Below are positions 1 to 10,310 of a stretch of DNA of 64,000 bases, piece by piece. The first letter of the stretch is position 1; each line of letters begins with the position of its first letter. Origin of the DNA: Alphaproteobacteria bacterium. Its GTDB lineage: Bacteria > Pseudomonadota > Alphaproteobacteria > UBA8366 > G965603855. Under the pieces are notes generated by a model. It was not told where the DNA came from. It did no database searches and saw nothing but the letters and a program-made list of their open reading frames with translations. The translations under genes were made by a program, and so were the position numbers. Location of the stretch: NCBI GenBank assembly GCA_965603855.1, contig OZ272519.1, positions 3,154,118-3,218,117 of the forward strand, given 5' to 3'.

Positions 1-505
1 CCGGCGTGTCGTCCAGCGGCGAGACCACCTGAATGGCATCGTCCGTCTTGGTCACTTCGACACCGAGACCGCCGAACGACCCCTTGGTCACCTGGCGGGT
101 CGCCATATAGGCCGCCTGGTCGAGATAGACGCTGTGCGGATCCAGCGACTGCAACATGCTCTGGATCGCCGCTTCGACCAGTTGCCGGTCGGACGCCGTG
201 TCCGGGTCGGGATAAGCGTCGTGCATGCCGTCGACGGCCGCGCGAACCAGCACGGCATCGTCGACCTCGCGCACATAGTCCTGCCGGACGCGATCGTAGA
301 CCCGCGCAAAAAGGGTCACGTCGGTCTGGGGGGCGACCGCGGGCTCGCCCCGGTAGGTATCGATCTCGTAGGCGATTTGGTCTGCCGCCGCCCGGGCCTC
401 GGGCGCGGGTGCCGCGTACCAGCCACCGCAGCCGGCGGCAACCAGGGCGACCATGCCAGCGGTGGCCAGTCCGCGGGCCGATTTGAACCAGGTCAGCCAG
501 CGCAT
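1..505 (-). CDS. Carboxyl-terminal processing protease (S41 family), N-terminal part; the gene runs off the left edge of the window
   Basis: Minus-strand translation from the ATG at 505 gives [28 protein letters not shown] (signal/lipobox-like), then ...GSFGGLGVEVTKTDDAIQVVSPLDD, a PDZ motif typical of Prc/CtpA S41 peptidases. The ATG overlaps the otsA stop (TGATG). Confidence 0.55.
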   Translation of the reverse strand, partial: MRWLTWFKSARGLATAGMVALVAAGCGGWYAAPAPEARAAADQIAYEIDTYRGEPAVAPQTDVTLFARVYDRVRQDYVREVDDAVLVRAAVDGMHDAYPDPDTASDRQLVEAAIQSMLQSLDPHSVYLDQAAYMATRQVTKGSFGGLGVEVTKTDDAIQVVSPLDDTP

Positions 506-1932
506 CAGACGGTCTCGTCCACGGTCACCGGCTCGCCAAGAGAGCCGCCTTGGGCGGTTGCGCGCGAATCGCTCAGCGCGGCGACGAAATTGTCCCGCCA
601 CACGTGCACGTTGTTGTCGCGAAGTGTCGTCATCAGGCTCTGCCAACGCTCGATCCGCTCTTCCTGGCTGAAATGGAGGCCCCGTTGGATGGCGTCTACC
701 ACATCGTCGGTATCATAAGGATTTACGATCAGCGCTGCATCCATTTCGTGGGCTGCGCCGGCAAATCTCGAAAGCACCAAAACACCAGGATTTTCAGGAT
801 CTTGCGCGGCAACATACTCTTTGGCGACCAGATTCATGCCATCGCGGAGCGGGGTCACCAGACCGATCCCGGCCGCCCTGAACAGCCCGGTCAGGGCAGC
901 CCTTGTAAAGGATTTGTTCAGATAGCGGATGGGCACCCAGTCGAACTCGGCGAACCGGCCGTTGATGCGGCCCGACTCGGACTCAAGCTCCTGGCGGATA
1001 TCGATGTATTCGGGAACGTCGATACGGCTCGACGGCGCGATCTGCAGCAGGCTGACTTTGCCGCGGTTTTCGGGGTACGCCTCCAGCAGGTGTTCAAACG
1101 CCTTCAGCCGGTTGGGCAGGCCCTTTGTATAATCCAGCCGATCGACGCCGATGATCAGGCTGCGGCTTGCCAAGGACTGCATCATCCGGTTTTGGTGCGC
1201 CTCCGCCTCGTCGGTCCCGGCCATCGCGACGACCTCGTCCACGTCGATGCCGATCGGGAACACGCCGCCGCGGATCGTGCGGCCGAAGGCGGTCATGCGC
1301 ATGTCATCGTCGACGAAGCCCCCGGCTTCGTAGATGACGTATTCCTGCAGCGCCCGCAGGTCCGATTCCGTCTGGAACCCGACCACGTCGAAACCGAACA
1401 GACCGCGCACCAAGGCCTCGTGGTTGGGCAGTGTCAGCAACACCTCCGCCGCCGGAAACGGGATGTGCAGGAAAAAGCCCATCCGGTTGTTGAAGCCCAT
1501 CCGGCGCAGTTCCTCCGCGCAACCCATCAGATGATAGTCGTGGATCCAGATGACGTCGTCCGGCTCGATCATCGGCGCCAGCGCGTGTGCGAACAGCGCA
1601 TTGACCCGGAAATAACTGCTGTCGAACTTGCGATCGTAATAAGTGAGATCGGTCCGATAGTGGAACAGCGGCCACAATGTCCTGTTGGCGAAACCGTTGT
1701 AGTAGTTTTCGTGGTCCTCCACGCCCAAATCGATGGTCGCGAACGTGATGCCGTCGCGTTCCGTGCGGTGGATTGAAGAATTGGTGGTCTCGACCACGTC
1801 GCCGCTCCACCCGAACCAGATTCCGTGGTACTTGCGCAGCGCCGCCTGCAGGGCGACGGCCAAGCCGCCCGCTGCCGCGACGCCGGGCTGCGGGATGTTG
1901 ACGCGATTCGATACGACGATGAGCCGTCCCAT
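505..1932 (-). CDS. otsA: Alpha,alpha-trehalose-phosphate synthase (UDP-forming)
   Basis: 475 aa beginning [15 protein letters not shown]. The full-length GT20 OtsA signature is recognisable throughout. Confidence 0.85.
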   Translation of the reverse strand: MGRLIVVSNRVNIPQPGVAAAGGLAVALQAALRKYHGIWFGWSGDVVETTNSSIHRTERDGITFATIDLGVEDHENYYNGFANRTLWPLFHYRTDLTYYDRKFDSSYFRVNALFAHALAPMIEPDDVIWIHDYHLMGCAEELRRMGFNNRMGFFLHIPFPAAEVLLTLPNHEALVRGLFGFDVVGFQTESDLRALQEYVIYEAGGFVDDDMRMTAFGRTIRGGVFPIGIDVDEVVAMAGTDEAEAHQNRMMQSLASRSLIIGVDRLDYTKGLPNRLKAFEHLLEAYPENRGKVSLLQIAPSSRIDVPEYIDIRQELESESGRINGRFAEFDWVPIRYLNKSFTRAALTGLFRAAGIGLVTPLRDGMNLVAKEYVAAQDPENPGVLVLSRFAGAAHEMDAALIVNPYDTDDVVDAIQRGLHFSQEERIERWQSLMTTLRDNNVHVWRDNFVAALSDSRATAQGGSLGEPVTVDETV

Positions 1933-1952
1933 GGCGGCCTAGATATAATGGA

Positions 1953-3815
1953 CTACAGCACTTCTTCCCAGGCTTTGCTGAGCTGCATGGCTGAATTAAT
2001 GATCCCGACCAACGAATAGGTCTGGGGATAGTTGCCCCAAAGCTCGCCGGTACCGGGGTGCAGATCCTCGGACAGAAGCCCCAGATGGTTGCGTTGGGAC
2101 AGCATCGCCTCGAACAGCCCGCGGGCCTCGTCGGACCGGCCCATATGGGCCAGCGTCTCGATGTACCAGAAGGTGCAGATATTGAATGCGTTGTGGGGCT
2201 CGCCGAAATCGTCCGGCGCCACGTAGCGGAACATGTTGGTCCCGCGCAACAGCGCCTTGGAGAGCGCCTCGACGGTCGCTGCGAACCGCGAATCCTTCGG
2301 ATCGATGAATCCGACCTCGGCCATCAGCAGCAGGCTTGCATCCAGTTCGGTGCCGTCGAAGGACTCGACGAACACGCCCTGCGCCTCCGACCACGCCCGG
2401 CGCAGGATCGTGCGGTGGACGATGTCGGCCTTGGCACGCCAGTCGCGCGCGCGGTCACCGAACCCGAGATGCGCAGCGATCTTGGCAAGCCGGTCACAGG
2501 CGGCCCAGCACATGATCGAGCTGGAGGTGTGCACCTTCGCCTTGGTCCTGAGTTCCCACATGCCGGCGTCCGGCTGATCGTGCAGCTCGAAAGCCCGCAA
2601 TCCCACCTTCTCCAGGGTCTGGAAGTCGTTGGCATCGGCCGGCCGGAACAGGCGTTTGTCGAAGAACGCCTGGGTGGCCGCCAACACCACGTTGCCATAA
2701 ACGTCGTGCTGCAGGTGTTCGTATGCCTGGTTGCCGATCCTGACCGGCGCATGCCCACGGTACCCCGTCAGGCTGTCGACGATCTTCTCGGTCAGCTCCT
2801 TCTCAAGCGCGATGCCGTAAACCGGCTGCAGGTGCCCGCCGTCGGTGTCGGTCACCAGGTTGTTCACATAGCGCAGGTAGTTTTCCATGATGTCGACGGC
2901 GCCCAGCCGATTCAGCGCCATCACCACGAAATAGGCGTCCCGCAGCCAGCAGAACCGGTAGTCCCAGTTCCGCTCGGTGCCATGGGCCTCCGGGATCGAT
3001 GTCGTCATGGCCGCGACGATGGCACCGGTTTCCTCGTACAGGCATAGGTGCAGCGTGATGGCCGCCCGGATCACAGCGTCCTGCCATTCCAGCGGGATCG
3101 CCAGATGGCGCACCCAGTCGCGCCAGTATTGAATGGTGTTCTTCTGGAAGTCGCGGCACGTTTCGACCAGAGGCGATGCCAGAGATTCATCCGGCCCCAG
3201 CATCAGGTCCATGGGGCGGTCCAGAAGAAACGGCTGCTCGCCCAGGATGTAGGCGATCGGCACGTTCGTGTTCAGCCGCAGCGTCAGATCGGGACCCACA
3301 TAGCGGATGTGGTTCGACCCTCGGGTGATCTCCGGGACGCTGGCCCCGTGCTCGAAGCGGGGCCGCAACCGGATCCGGACGCGGGGCTTGCCTGCCACCG
3401 GGTCCAGATGGCGAATGATCATCAGCGGCCTGAAGACGCGCCAGTTGTTGGAAAACCGTGGTGCGAAATCGGTGACCCTCAGGATCGCACCGTTGGCGTC
3501 CTTCAGTTCGGTGACCAGGACAGCGGTATTGTCCAGATAGTACTGGCGGCTGTTGACCTGACCGTCGAGTTCGATACCGAAGAACCCGCCGTCATGTTCG
3601 CCCGCCTGACCGTTGTTCAGCAGGCTGCAGAAGACCGGGTCGCCGTCGAACCGCGGCAGGCAACTCCAGACGATGCGCGCCTGCTCGTCGATCAGCGCGC
3701 TGAACGAGCAGTTGCCGATAACGCCAAGATTGAGGTTGCCGACGGCACCGCCTTGGGACGGCGACAACAGACCGGCACCCTGCGAAAGGCCGCCTCGCGG
3801 CACGTCATCGTTCAT
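1953..3815 (-). CDS. Glycoside hydrolase family 15 protein (glucoamylase/trehalase-like)
   Basis: The long ORF 1953..3947 was trimmed to the internal start MNDDVP at 3815. The NLNLGVIGNCSFSALID...RFCWLRDA...WYIE motifs are typical of bacterial GH15 trehalases/glucoamylases. It lies immediately upstream of otsA on the same strand. Confidence 0.7.
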   Translation of the reverse strand: MNDDVPRGGLSQGAGLLSPSQGGAVGNLNLGVIGNCSFSALIDEQARIVWSCLPRFDGDPVFCSLLNNGQAGEHDGGFFGIELDGQVNSRQYYLDNTAVLVTELKDANGAILRVTDFAPRFSNNWRVFRPLMIIRHLDPVAGKPRVRIRLRPRFEHGASVPEITRGSNHIRYVGPDLTLRLNTNVPIAYILGEQPFLLDRPMDLMLGPDESLASPLVETCRDFQKNTIQYWRDWVRHLAIPLEWQDAVIRAAITLHLCLYEETGAIVAAMTTSIPEAHGTERNWDYRFCWLRDAYFVVMALNRLGAVDIMENYLRYVNNLVTDTDGGHLQPVYGIALEKELTEKIVDSLTGYRGHAPVRIGNQAYEHLQHDVYGNVVLAATQAFFDKRLFRPADANDFQTLEKVGLRAFELHDQPDAGMWELRTKAKVHTSSSIMCWAACDRLAKIAAHLGFGDRARDWRAKADIVHRTILRRAWSEAQGVFVESFDGTELDASLLLMAEVGFIDPKDSRFAATVEALSKALLRGTNMFRYVAPDDFGEPHNAFNICTFWYIETLAHMGRSDEARGLFEAMLSQRNHLGLLSEDLHPGTGELWGNYPQTYSLVGIINSAMQLSKAWEEVL

Positions 3816-4076
3816 CGTTGAATGTCCCGGCTTCCTCTCGCTGACCGGGCAACCCGCCGACCGCCCGCGACCGTGGACCAGCCCGAAAGCATGCCCCGGC
3901 CTCAGATAAGAAACTCTTAAGCGATTCGGTCCGGCAAGGAACCCCAAGCCGGCCGCGGCCCCTTAACGGCCTTGACCGCATAATAGGAAAGCACCAGTCT
4001 CGCACAAGAGCGCGCGTCGGCCGTTCCGACGGGGCGGCCGGCCCGGCGCCGCAACGAGAACCAGGGGGCTTAGGTC

Positions 4077-4856
4077 GTGACAACCCAGACTGCCGACCCG
4101 GCCGCGGGCGACAAGGGTCGGGACGCGCTTGGTCTCGCCGCCTATCTTTTCGATCTGGACGGCGTGGTCACCCGCACCGCCAGCGTGCATTCCGAGGCAT
4201 GGAAGCGTCTTTTCGACGCCTACCTGAAGGAAAGGGCCGACGATCCGGCCGCGTTCGTCCCCTTCAGGCTGCCTGAAGACTACACGACATTCGTCGACGG
4301 CAAGCCGCGCTACGACGGCGTTCGGTCGTTCCTGGACTCCCGGGGCATATCGCTGCCGGAAGGGACCAGCGACGACCCGCCGGACGCCGAAACCGTGCGC
4401 GGTCTCGGCAACCGCAAGAACATCCATTTCACCGCTGTGATGCAGGAACGCGGCGTGGAGGTGTTCGATGCCACGATCCGGATCGTGCAGGCGCTTAAGG
4501 CGGCGGGTCAGCGGGTCGGTTGCGTGTCGTCCTCCAAGAACTGCCGCGCGATCCTGAAACGCGCCGGCCTGGACGACCTGTTCGAAATCATCGTCGACGG
4601 AAACGATATCGAGGCGAAAGGACTGGCCGGGAAACCCAGACCCGACAGTTTCCTTGCAGGAGCCGAGATGCTGGGCGTGCCCGCTGCGGACACCGCCGTG
4701 GTCGAAGACGCCGTGGCCGGCGTCCAGGCCGGAAAGGCGGGCGGGTTCGGCCTGGTCATCGGCATCGACAGGGGCGCGGGCCGGACCGCGCTTCTGGAGG
4801 CCGGCGCCGACATTGTGGTCGGCGACATGGCAGAACTGGAGCCGCTGCGGGCCTGA
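4077..4856 (+). CDS. HAD-superfamily hydrolase, beta-phosphoglucomutase family
   Basis: The DLDGVV motif (HAD motif I) sits near the N-terminus and the protein is about 259 aa. It lies directly upstream of the GH65 phosphorylase, the classic beta-PGM/GH65 pairing. Confidence 0.7.
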   Translation: MTTQTADPAAGDKGRDALGLAAYLFDLDGVVTRTASVHSEAWKRLFDAYLKERADDPAAFVPFRLPEDYTTFVDGKPRYDGVRSFLDSRGISLPEGTSDDPPDAETVRGLGNRKNIHFTAVMQERGVEVFDATIRIVQALKAAGQRVGCVSSSKNCRAILKRAGLDDLFEIIVDGNDIEAKGLAGKPRPDSFLAGAEMLGVPAADTAVVEDAVAGVQAGKAGGFGLVIGIDRGAGRTALLEAGADIVVGDMAELEPLRA

Positions 4857-4897
4857 ACGGCCCACGGCACGCCGCGAGGCAAGGTGGAGGCCGAAAG

Positions 4898-7258
4898 ATG
4901 CTGCGCCGTCGCTTGAACCCGCCGAAGGACCTGTTTCCGGTCGACCCATGGGCGATCGAAACGACCCAGTTCACCGGCGAATACGTCCAACAGGCCGAAA
5001 CGGTCTTCGCGCTGGCGAACGGCTATCTGGGACTGCGGGGCAGCCACGAGGAAGACCATCCCATCGGCGAGGCGGGCACCTATCTGAACGGGTTCTACGA
5101 ACTGAGACCCATCATCTACGGCGAGACAGCCTACGGATTCCCGCAGGTCGGCCAGACCATGCTGAACTGCCCTGACGGCAAGATCGTGAAGCTGTACGTC
5201 GACGACGAACCGTTCGACGTCGAAAAGGCCGAGATGGAGACCTACTCCCGCCGGCTTGACATGCGCCGCGGCGTGCTGATCCGCGACGTCGTCTGGTCGA
5301 TGCCGGGCGGCAAACGGATCCACATTCGTTCAACGCGTTTCGTCTCGTTTGCCAACCGGCATCTGGCCGCGATGCTGTTCGAAGTGACGCCGTTGGGCAA
5401 CGCCGCCAACATCACCGTCTGGTCTCGGCTGGTGAACCGCCAGGCCCTGCCCCAAGCCTCAAGCGACCCGCGGCTGGGACACGGCGTCGAAACCGGTGCG
5501 ATCGAACCGGTCGGCAGATGGTCCGACGACAACCGCTCGGTCTTCAGCTTCAAAACCCGCCGTTCCGGGCTGGCGCTTGGCTGCGGCATGGATCACACCA
5601 TCGAAACCGACAGTCCCTATACGGTCGACAGCCAGGCGGGAGAGGATTTCGCGTCCGTCGAGTTCAAGATCCAGGCGCGCGCCGACGAGCCGGTCCGGAT
5701 CACCAAGTTCCTGGCCTATCACTACAGCGACGTCAGGCCGCCCGAAGAAATGCTGGCCCAGAGTGCCTGGACGCTGGACATGGCCATGGAGATTGGTTTT
5801 GCGGACCTCCTTTCGGCGCACGAGCAGGCGGTCGCCGACTTCTGGGAGCGGGCCGACATCGTGATCGGCGGTTCGCCGGAATCCCAACAGATCGTGCGCT
5901 GGAACCTGTTCCAGTTGATGCAGGCGTCGGCATGCGTCGACGGCTGCGGCATCGGCGCGCGCGGCCTGACGGGCCAGGCCTACGAGGGCCACTATTTCTG
6001 GGATACCGAGATCTACGTCATGGCGTTCCTGATCTACTCGATCCCGCGGGTCGCCCGCGGCATCCTTAAGCATCGCTACGACATGCTGGATCGGGCGCGC
6101 GGGCGCGCACGGGAACTGGGCCACCGCGGCGCGCTGTTTCCGTGGCGCACCATCAACGGCGACGAAGCGTCCGCCTACTATGCCGCCAGCACCGCCCAGT
6201 ATCACATCAACGCCGACATCATGTATGCGATGCGGCGCTACGTGGACGTCACCGGAGACACCGAATTCCTTCAGCAATACGGCGCCGAGATGCTGGTCGA
6301 GACGGCACGGCTGTGGGTCGACCTGGGGTTTTATTCCGATCGCCGTGATGGACAGTTCTGTATCGACGGGGTGACCGGTCCGGACGAATACACCGCGATC
6401 GTCAACAACAACTTCTTCACAAACCTGATGGCGCAGGAGAACCTCCGCTATGCCGCGGAAACCGTGATCGCGCTGGAGGAGCAGTACCCGAAGACCTATG
6501 CCGCGCTCATTCGGAAGACCGGCCTGACAAAGGACGAACCGGAACAGTGGCGCGCGGCGGCCGACGCCATGTATCTCCCCTACGACGACACGCGGGGCAT
6601 CCATCCGCAGGACGACAGCTTTTTGCAGAAGGAGGTGTGGGACTTCGAGAACACGCCGGCCGACAAGTACCCCCTGCTCCTGCACTATCATCCACTCAAC
6701 CTCTACCGCCACCAGGTAATCAAGCAGGCCGACATGCTGCTGGCGCTGTTCCTGTTGGGGCATCGGTTCGACCTTGGCGAGAAGAAGCGGAACTTCGACT
6801 ACTACGACCCGCTGACGACGCACGATTCGTCGCTGTCGGTCTGCGTGCAGTCGGCGATCGCCAACGAGATCGGCTATGCGGACAAGGCGCTGGAGTATTT
6901 CGATTTCGCCGTCAACATGGATCTCTCGGACGTCGGCGGCAACGTGCATCACGGCGCCCATATCGCGTCGATCGGCGGAAGCTGGATGGCCCTGGTCCAG
7001 GGTTTCGGAGGCCTCAGGGATTCCAACGGCGAGATCCGTTTTCGGCCGCGGCCCCCGAAGGCCTGGTCGTTCCTGCAGTTCCGGCTTCAGATCGGCGATG
7101 CGATGCTGCAGGTCCGAACCGACCCCACCGAAACGCGTTATGTGCTGGCGTCGGGAGACAGCGTGCGGTTCTATCACGAGGACGTGGAGACGACGCTGAC
7201 CACAGCCGACCCGGAGGTGGTCTTCCCCGCGGCCGCGCCGGTCGAGGCTGCGGTCTGA
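4898..7258 (+). CDS. Glycoside hydrolase family 65 disaccharide phosphorylase (trehalose/maltose/kojibiose phosphorylase type)
   Basis: The start was set at MLRRRLNPPKDLFPVDPWAIETTQF, preceded by the AAGGTGGAGG Shine-Dalgarno sequence. The GYLGLRGSHEE motif, the central (alpha/alpha)6 catalytic region with ...YEGHYFWDTE..., and a length of about 786 aa fit GH65. Confidence 0.8.
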   Translation: MLRRRLNPPKDLFPVDPWAIETTQFTGEYVQQAETVFALANGYLGLRGSHEEDHPIGEAGTYLNGFYELRPIIYGETAYGFPQVGQTMLNCPDGKIVKLYVDDEPFDVEKAEMETYSRRLDMRRGVLIRDVVWSMPGGKRIHIRSTRFVSFANRHLAAMLFEVTPLGNAANITVWSRLVNRQALPQASSDPRLGHGVETGAIEPVGRWSDDNRSVFSFKTRRSGLALGCGMDHTIETDSPYTVDSQAGEDFASVEFKIQARADEPVRITKFLAYHYSDVRPPEEMLAQSAWTLDMAMEIGFADLLSAHEQAVADFWERADIVIGGSPESQQIVRWNLFQLMQASACVDGCGIGARGLTGQAYEGHYFWDTEIYVMAFLIYSIPRVARGILKHRYDMLDRARGRARELGHRGALFPWRTINGDEASAYYAASTAQYHINADIMYAMRRYVDVTGDTEFLQQYGAEMLVETARLWVDLGFYSDRRDGQFCIDGVTGPDEYTAIVNNNFFTNLMAQENLRYAAETVIALEEQYPKTYAALIRKTGLTKDEPEQWRAAADAMYLPYDDTRGIHPQDDSFLQKEVWDFENTPADKYPLLLHYHPLNLYRHQVIKQADMLLALFLLGHRFDLGEKKRNFDYYDPLTTHDSSLSVCVQSAIANEIGYADKALEYFDFAVNMDLSDVGGNVHHGAHIASIGGSWMALVQGFGGLRDSNGEIRFRPRPPKAWSFLQFRLQIGDAMLQVRTDPTETRYVLASGDSVRFYHEDVETTLTTADPEVVFPAAAPVEAAV

Positions 7259-7273
7259 CGCCGCGGCCCGCCG

Positions 7274-8974
7274 TCAGCCGGCGAGCCTGGGCGCCAACGT
7301 GCGTTCGGGCGGGAAGCGCACGGTGACGGTCGTTCCCCTCTCAAGCTCGCTGTCGATCTCGATATTGCCGCCATGCAGCTTGGTCAGCGCCGAGGTCAGC
7401 GTCAGCCCGAGCCCCGTCCCCTGGTGCGCCCGCGTCTGACTGCCGGCGACCTGTTCGAACGGCTCCAGGACCCGGCTCTGGTTCTTCTTCGAGATGCCGA
7501 TCCCGGTATCCGCCACCGAAATCCAGACGCCGCCGGACTCCTCGACCCCTGAGTCAACGCGGATCGTGCCCTGCGGCGGCGTGAACTTGATCGCATTCGT
7601 CAACAGACTGAGCGTGATCTGCTTCACGCATCGGGCATCGCCCCACAGGCGCGGGACGTCTGCGATCCCGTCCGTCTCCAGCCGCAGATCCTTGTCCGAT
7701 GCTTTTTCCGTGACCATGCGGATACAGCCGCGCAACAGTTCGGGGATATCCATCTCGGATTCCTCCAAGACCGTCTCGCCGGCCTCGATGCGGGTGATGT
7801 CCAAAATGTCGTTGATCAGGTCCAGCAACAACACGCCGGACTGGCGGATGTCGAACAGGTACTCGCGCTGTCTGGTGCTGCCCAGGGCGCCGACCCGTTC
7901 CTCAAGCAACAACTCGGCGAACCCGATGATCGAGTTCAGCGGGGTGCGCAGTTCGTGGCTGATATTGGCGAGGAATTCCGACTTGGCCCGGTTCGCCAAT
8001 TCGGCATCCTCTTTCGCGCGCCGCAGTTCCGCCTCGGCCAGCTTGATCGGGGTGATGTCCTGGATCGTGCCGTTCTCGAAGATGACGCGACCGTCCTTGT
8101 CCAGCACGGGCTCGACGATCTCCCGCACGTAATGCGTGTCGCCCTCCGGCGTCACCACCCGGTATTCCAGATGAAAGCCCTTACCCTGGCGCAGCGATCG
8201 GCAGGCGTCCCTGTACCATTCGCGGTCTTCGGGATGCAAAAGCGAGAACGCCCCGTCAAGGGCCGAACTCTGCACCATGTACTGCTCGACCGTCAGGCCA
8301 TGCAGTGCGGCATAGATTTCCGAGCAATAAACACAGCGGTCTTCTACCGCGTCCCAGATGACGTGGCCGACGTTTGCGAGCCTGGTTGCCGCGCGCAGCC
8401 GTTCTTCGTTGGCTCGGAGCGCATTTTCGGCATGTCTGCGGGCCGTGACGTCCTGCACCGAACCGCGGATCTGCAGCGGCGACCCGTCCGGACCGCGGAT
8501 CACCTCGCCGAAGGATTCCACATAAATCTCCTGGCCGTTGTCCTGGCGCCAGGCGCGGACCTCCGTGTGATAGGGCTCTCCGTGGTTCAGCGCCCGTTCG
8601 ACCGCGGCTTCGATTTGCGGCATGTCGTCCTTGTCGATCCGGGCGTGAACGGCATCGAAGTTGGCGCCGAAGTCCTCTTCCGTGACGCCGAAGATCTCGT
8701 AGCAGCCTTCGGACCAATCGACTCTGTCCCGCTCGATATCCCAGACCCAGGTGCCAACCCGGGCCATCCGTTCGCCGATCGACAGTCGCTCTTTGGTCTC
8801 CGCCAGCTCTTTCGTGTCGGCATCGGCCTTCGCCTTCATCTCCGCGAGGCGGCCCGCGTCGCGCCTGCGGGCGCACACTGCAAACCCCAGCGCACCCCCC
8901 AGGACGATCGAGATCGCAACCAGCACAACCCACACCGCCGGCATACCCAAAACTGCTGCAAGCGAGAATTCCAT
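7274..8974 (-). CDS. PAS/PAC sensor histidine kinase (membrane-anchored; no cognate response regulator adjacent)
   Basis: An N-terminal TM segment is followed by repeated PAS-like blocks (WVWDIERDRVDWSEG..., VIWDAVEDRCVY...). The HisKA H-box HELRTPLNSIIGFAELL and HATPase_c motifs (DTGIGI, GTGLGL) are present. Confidence 0.75.
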   Translation of the reverse strand: MEFSLAAVLGMPAVWVVLVAISIVLGGALGFAVCARRRDAGRLAEMKAKADADTKELAETKERLSIGERMARVGTWVWDIERDRVDWSEGCYEIFGVTEEDFGANFDAVHARIDKDDMPQIEAAVERALNHGEPYHTEVRAWRQDNGQEIYVESFGEVIRGPDGSPLQIRGSVQDVTARRHAENALRANEERLRAATRLANVGHVIWDAVEDRCVYCSEIYAALHGLTVEQYMVQSSALDGAFSLLHPEDREWYRDACRSLRQGKGFHLEYRVVTPEGDTHYVREIVEPVLDKDGRVIFENGTIQDITPIKLAEAELRRAKEDAELANRAKSEFLANISHELRTPLNSIIGFAELLLEERVGALGSTRQREYLFDIRQSGVLLLDLINDILDITRIEAGETVLEESEMDIPELLRGCIRMVTEKASDKDLRLETDGIADVPRLWGDARCVKQITLSLLTNAIKFTPPQGTIRVDSGVEESGGVWISVADTGIGISKKNQSRVLEPFEQVAGSQTRAHQGTGLGLTLTSALTKLHGGNIEIDSELERGTTVTVRFPPERTLAPRLAG

Positions 8975-9484
8975 CGGAACGGCCGCTCAGCCCGACGCCG
9001 TCGCGGCGCCCGCGTCGTGCCGCGCGCACAAGGCGCCGGTGGCGGTTTCGGCGGAAATGGTCGGGTCCCTACTAACGGACCGTGAACAGAAGGCTTCCAA
9101 CATTCGGCACACAACACTTTGTTCTAAAGCGCCCCGGACAGGCCGGAACGCTCGTCTGCATGCCTCCGTCCACCTCGTTTTCGGTGGGTCGTTGTTGCGC
9201 GGAAATGTAGGCCGAAGTGGTTAAGAACCCAAGACCTTTTCCTTAACAATCCCGGATTTCCGGCGCCTACGCGTGCGAACGGCGGGCCTCCGGCAGCAAG
9301 ATCTGGGGATCAGCACGCAAAGACCCTACGTGAATACCGCGAACCATGCCGGATACCGGCATGTCGTCACTGTCTGAAACGAAGTCAGTCACGAGAAGCA
9401 AGACGAAAGGGTGGTCGCCGTCTCCCCTCCGGCCACGACCTCGGCATCGCCACCGCACCGCCGCGCCGGAGGGCTGATTGCCGG

Positions 9485-10222
9485 CTATTCGGCGCGCCGC
9501 AGCCTGACCAGCGGTCGGTCGTCTGCCGCCTTGAGAACCAGCTCTCCGTCAATGTCGAAGGACCAGCGGCGCGTCATCAGGAGCGCCCCCTTAAAGCGCA
9601 ACTCCTGCCCGTCGACGGTCTCGCCACAGGCCATGCGCGTGCCGCCGATCGGCCCGAACTTCAGCGTCTCTTCGCCGTAGCTGACCGAACCGAAGAAGGT
9701 ATTGCAGCCGCCATGGCCCGAGACCTTGCCGTCTTCGTCGAATTTCAGGCGCGACGAAACAGACGCCGGCACGCCCTCGCCGCCGATATCGGTCATCACC
9801 CACACGCCAGCCAACGCCTCGGCCGCGGAAACCCGACGCAGCTCGGCCAATATCGCAATGCGTTCGCGGCTGCGGTCGATCCAGCAAGCCGGTGAGAACG
9901 CCGGACCGACGCTGTCGGGGCTGGCCATATAGCCGTGCATGACGCAATCGAGATCGTCATAGAGTTCGAAACTCTTCTGCGTCCGCGCCAGCGACCGCGT
10001 TGCGCGATTGCCACCGAACAGCGCGTCGAACTGGGCCAGCGTCGTCTCCGCATCGGCAAGAGCGGATTCCAAGTCGCGATCCACATCGCGTTTCAACGCG
10101 GCCAGGCAGGCCTTGAAGGCAACGCTGTTTTTCGACGGGGTCCAGCATTGGCGGAAGGTGCCGTCGGCGCGGGCGGCCGTGGCGAAAAGGACAAGCGCAA
10201 GAACGGGCCAGAGCCAGCGCAT
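9485..10222 (-). CDS. Secreted protein with LprI-like (DUF1311) N-terminal domain and META/HslJ C-terminal domain
   Basis: Signal peptide MRWLWPVLALVLFATAARA. The C-terminal block GHGGCNTFFGSVSYGEETLKFGPIGGTRMACG is the META/HslJ signature. Confidence 0.55.
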   Translation of the reverse strand: MRWLWPVLALVLFATAARADGTFRQCWTPSKNSVAFKACLAALKRDVDRDLESALADAETTLAQFDALFGGNRATRSLARTQKSFELYDDLDCVMHGYMASPDSVGPAFSPACWIDRSRERIAILAELRRVSAAEALAGVWVMTDIGGEGVPASVSSRLKFDEDGKVSGHGGCNTFFGSVSYGEETLKFGPIGGTRMACGETVDGQELRFKGALLMTRRWSFDIDGELVLKAADDRPLVRLRRAE

Positions 10223-10310
10223 CGATCGCTCCAGGACGATGGTGTGCCATCCTGCACGAGGCGCCGCGGTGGCCGCCAGCGGCAAGGTGACGCGCGGTTG
10301 CCGCCGGACC

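Noticed and set aside
4520-4897. An upstream in-frame extension of the GH65 ORF (912 aa from 4520) suggesting a fusion with the HAD gene
   Set aside because: The extension translates to an Arg-rich nonsense sequence that overlaps the HAD gene in another frame. A Shine-Dalgarno sequence and a conserved N-terminus (MLRRRLNPPKDLFPVDPW) support the start at 4898.
5459-7177. Long antisense ORFs opposite real genes (572 aa at 5459..7177, 733 aa at 20960..23161, 669 aa at 23214..25223, and 835 aa at 51075..53582)
   Set aside because: Their Arg/Pro/Gly-rich, low-complexity translations are typical of out-of-frame reading of high-GC DNA. Each fully overlaps a gene with strong family signatures (GH65, nosR, nosZ, histidine kinase).
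9000-9484. A 500-bp spacer upstream of the first histidine kinase as a possible sRNA or regulatory locus (AT-richer 9060-9280, GTCACTG...CAGTCAC partial palindrome)
   Set aside because: It lacks clear structure or conserved motifs and plausibly is just the kinase promoter and UTR. It was not promoted to a finding beyond this note.
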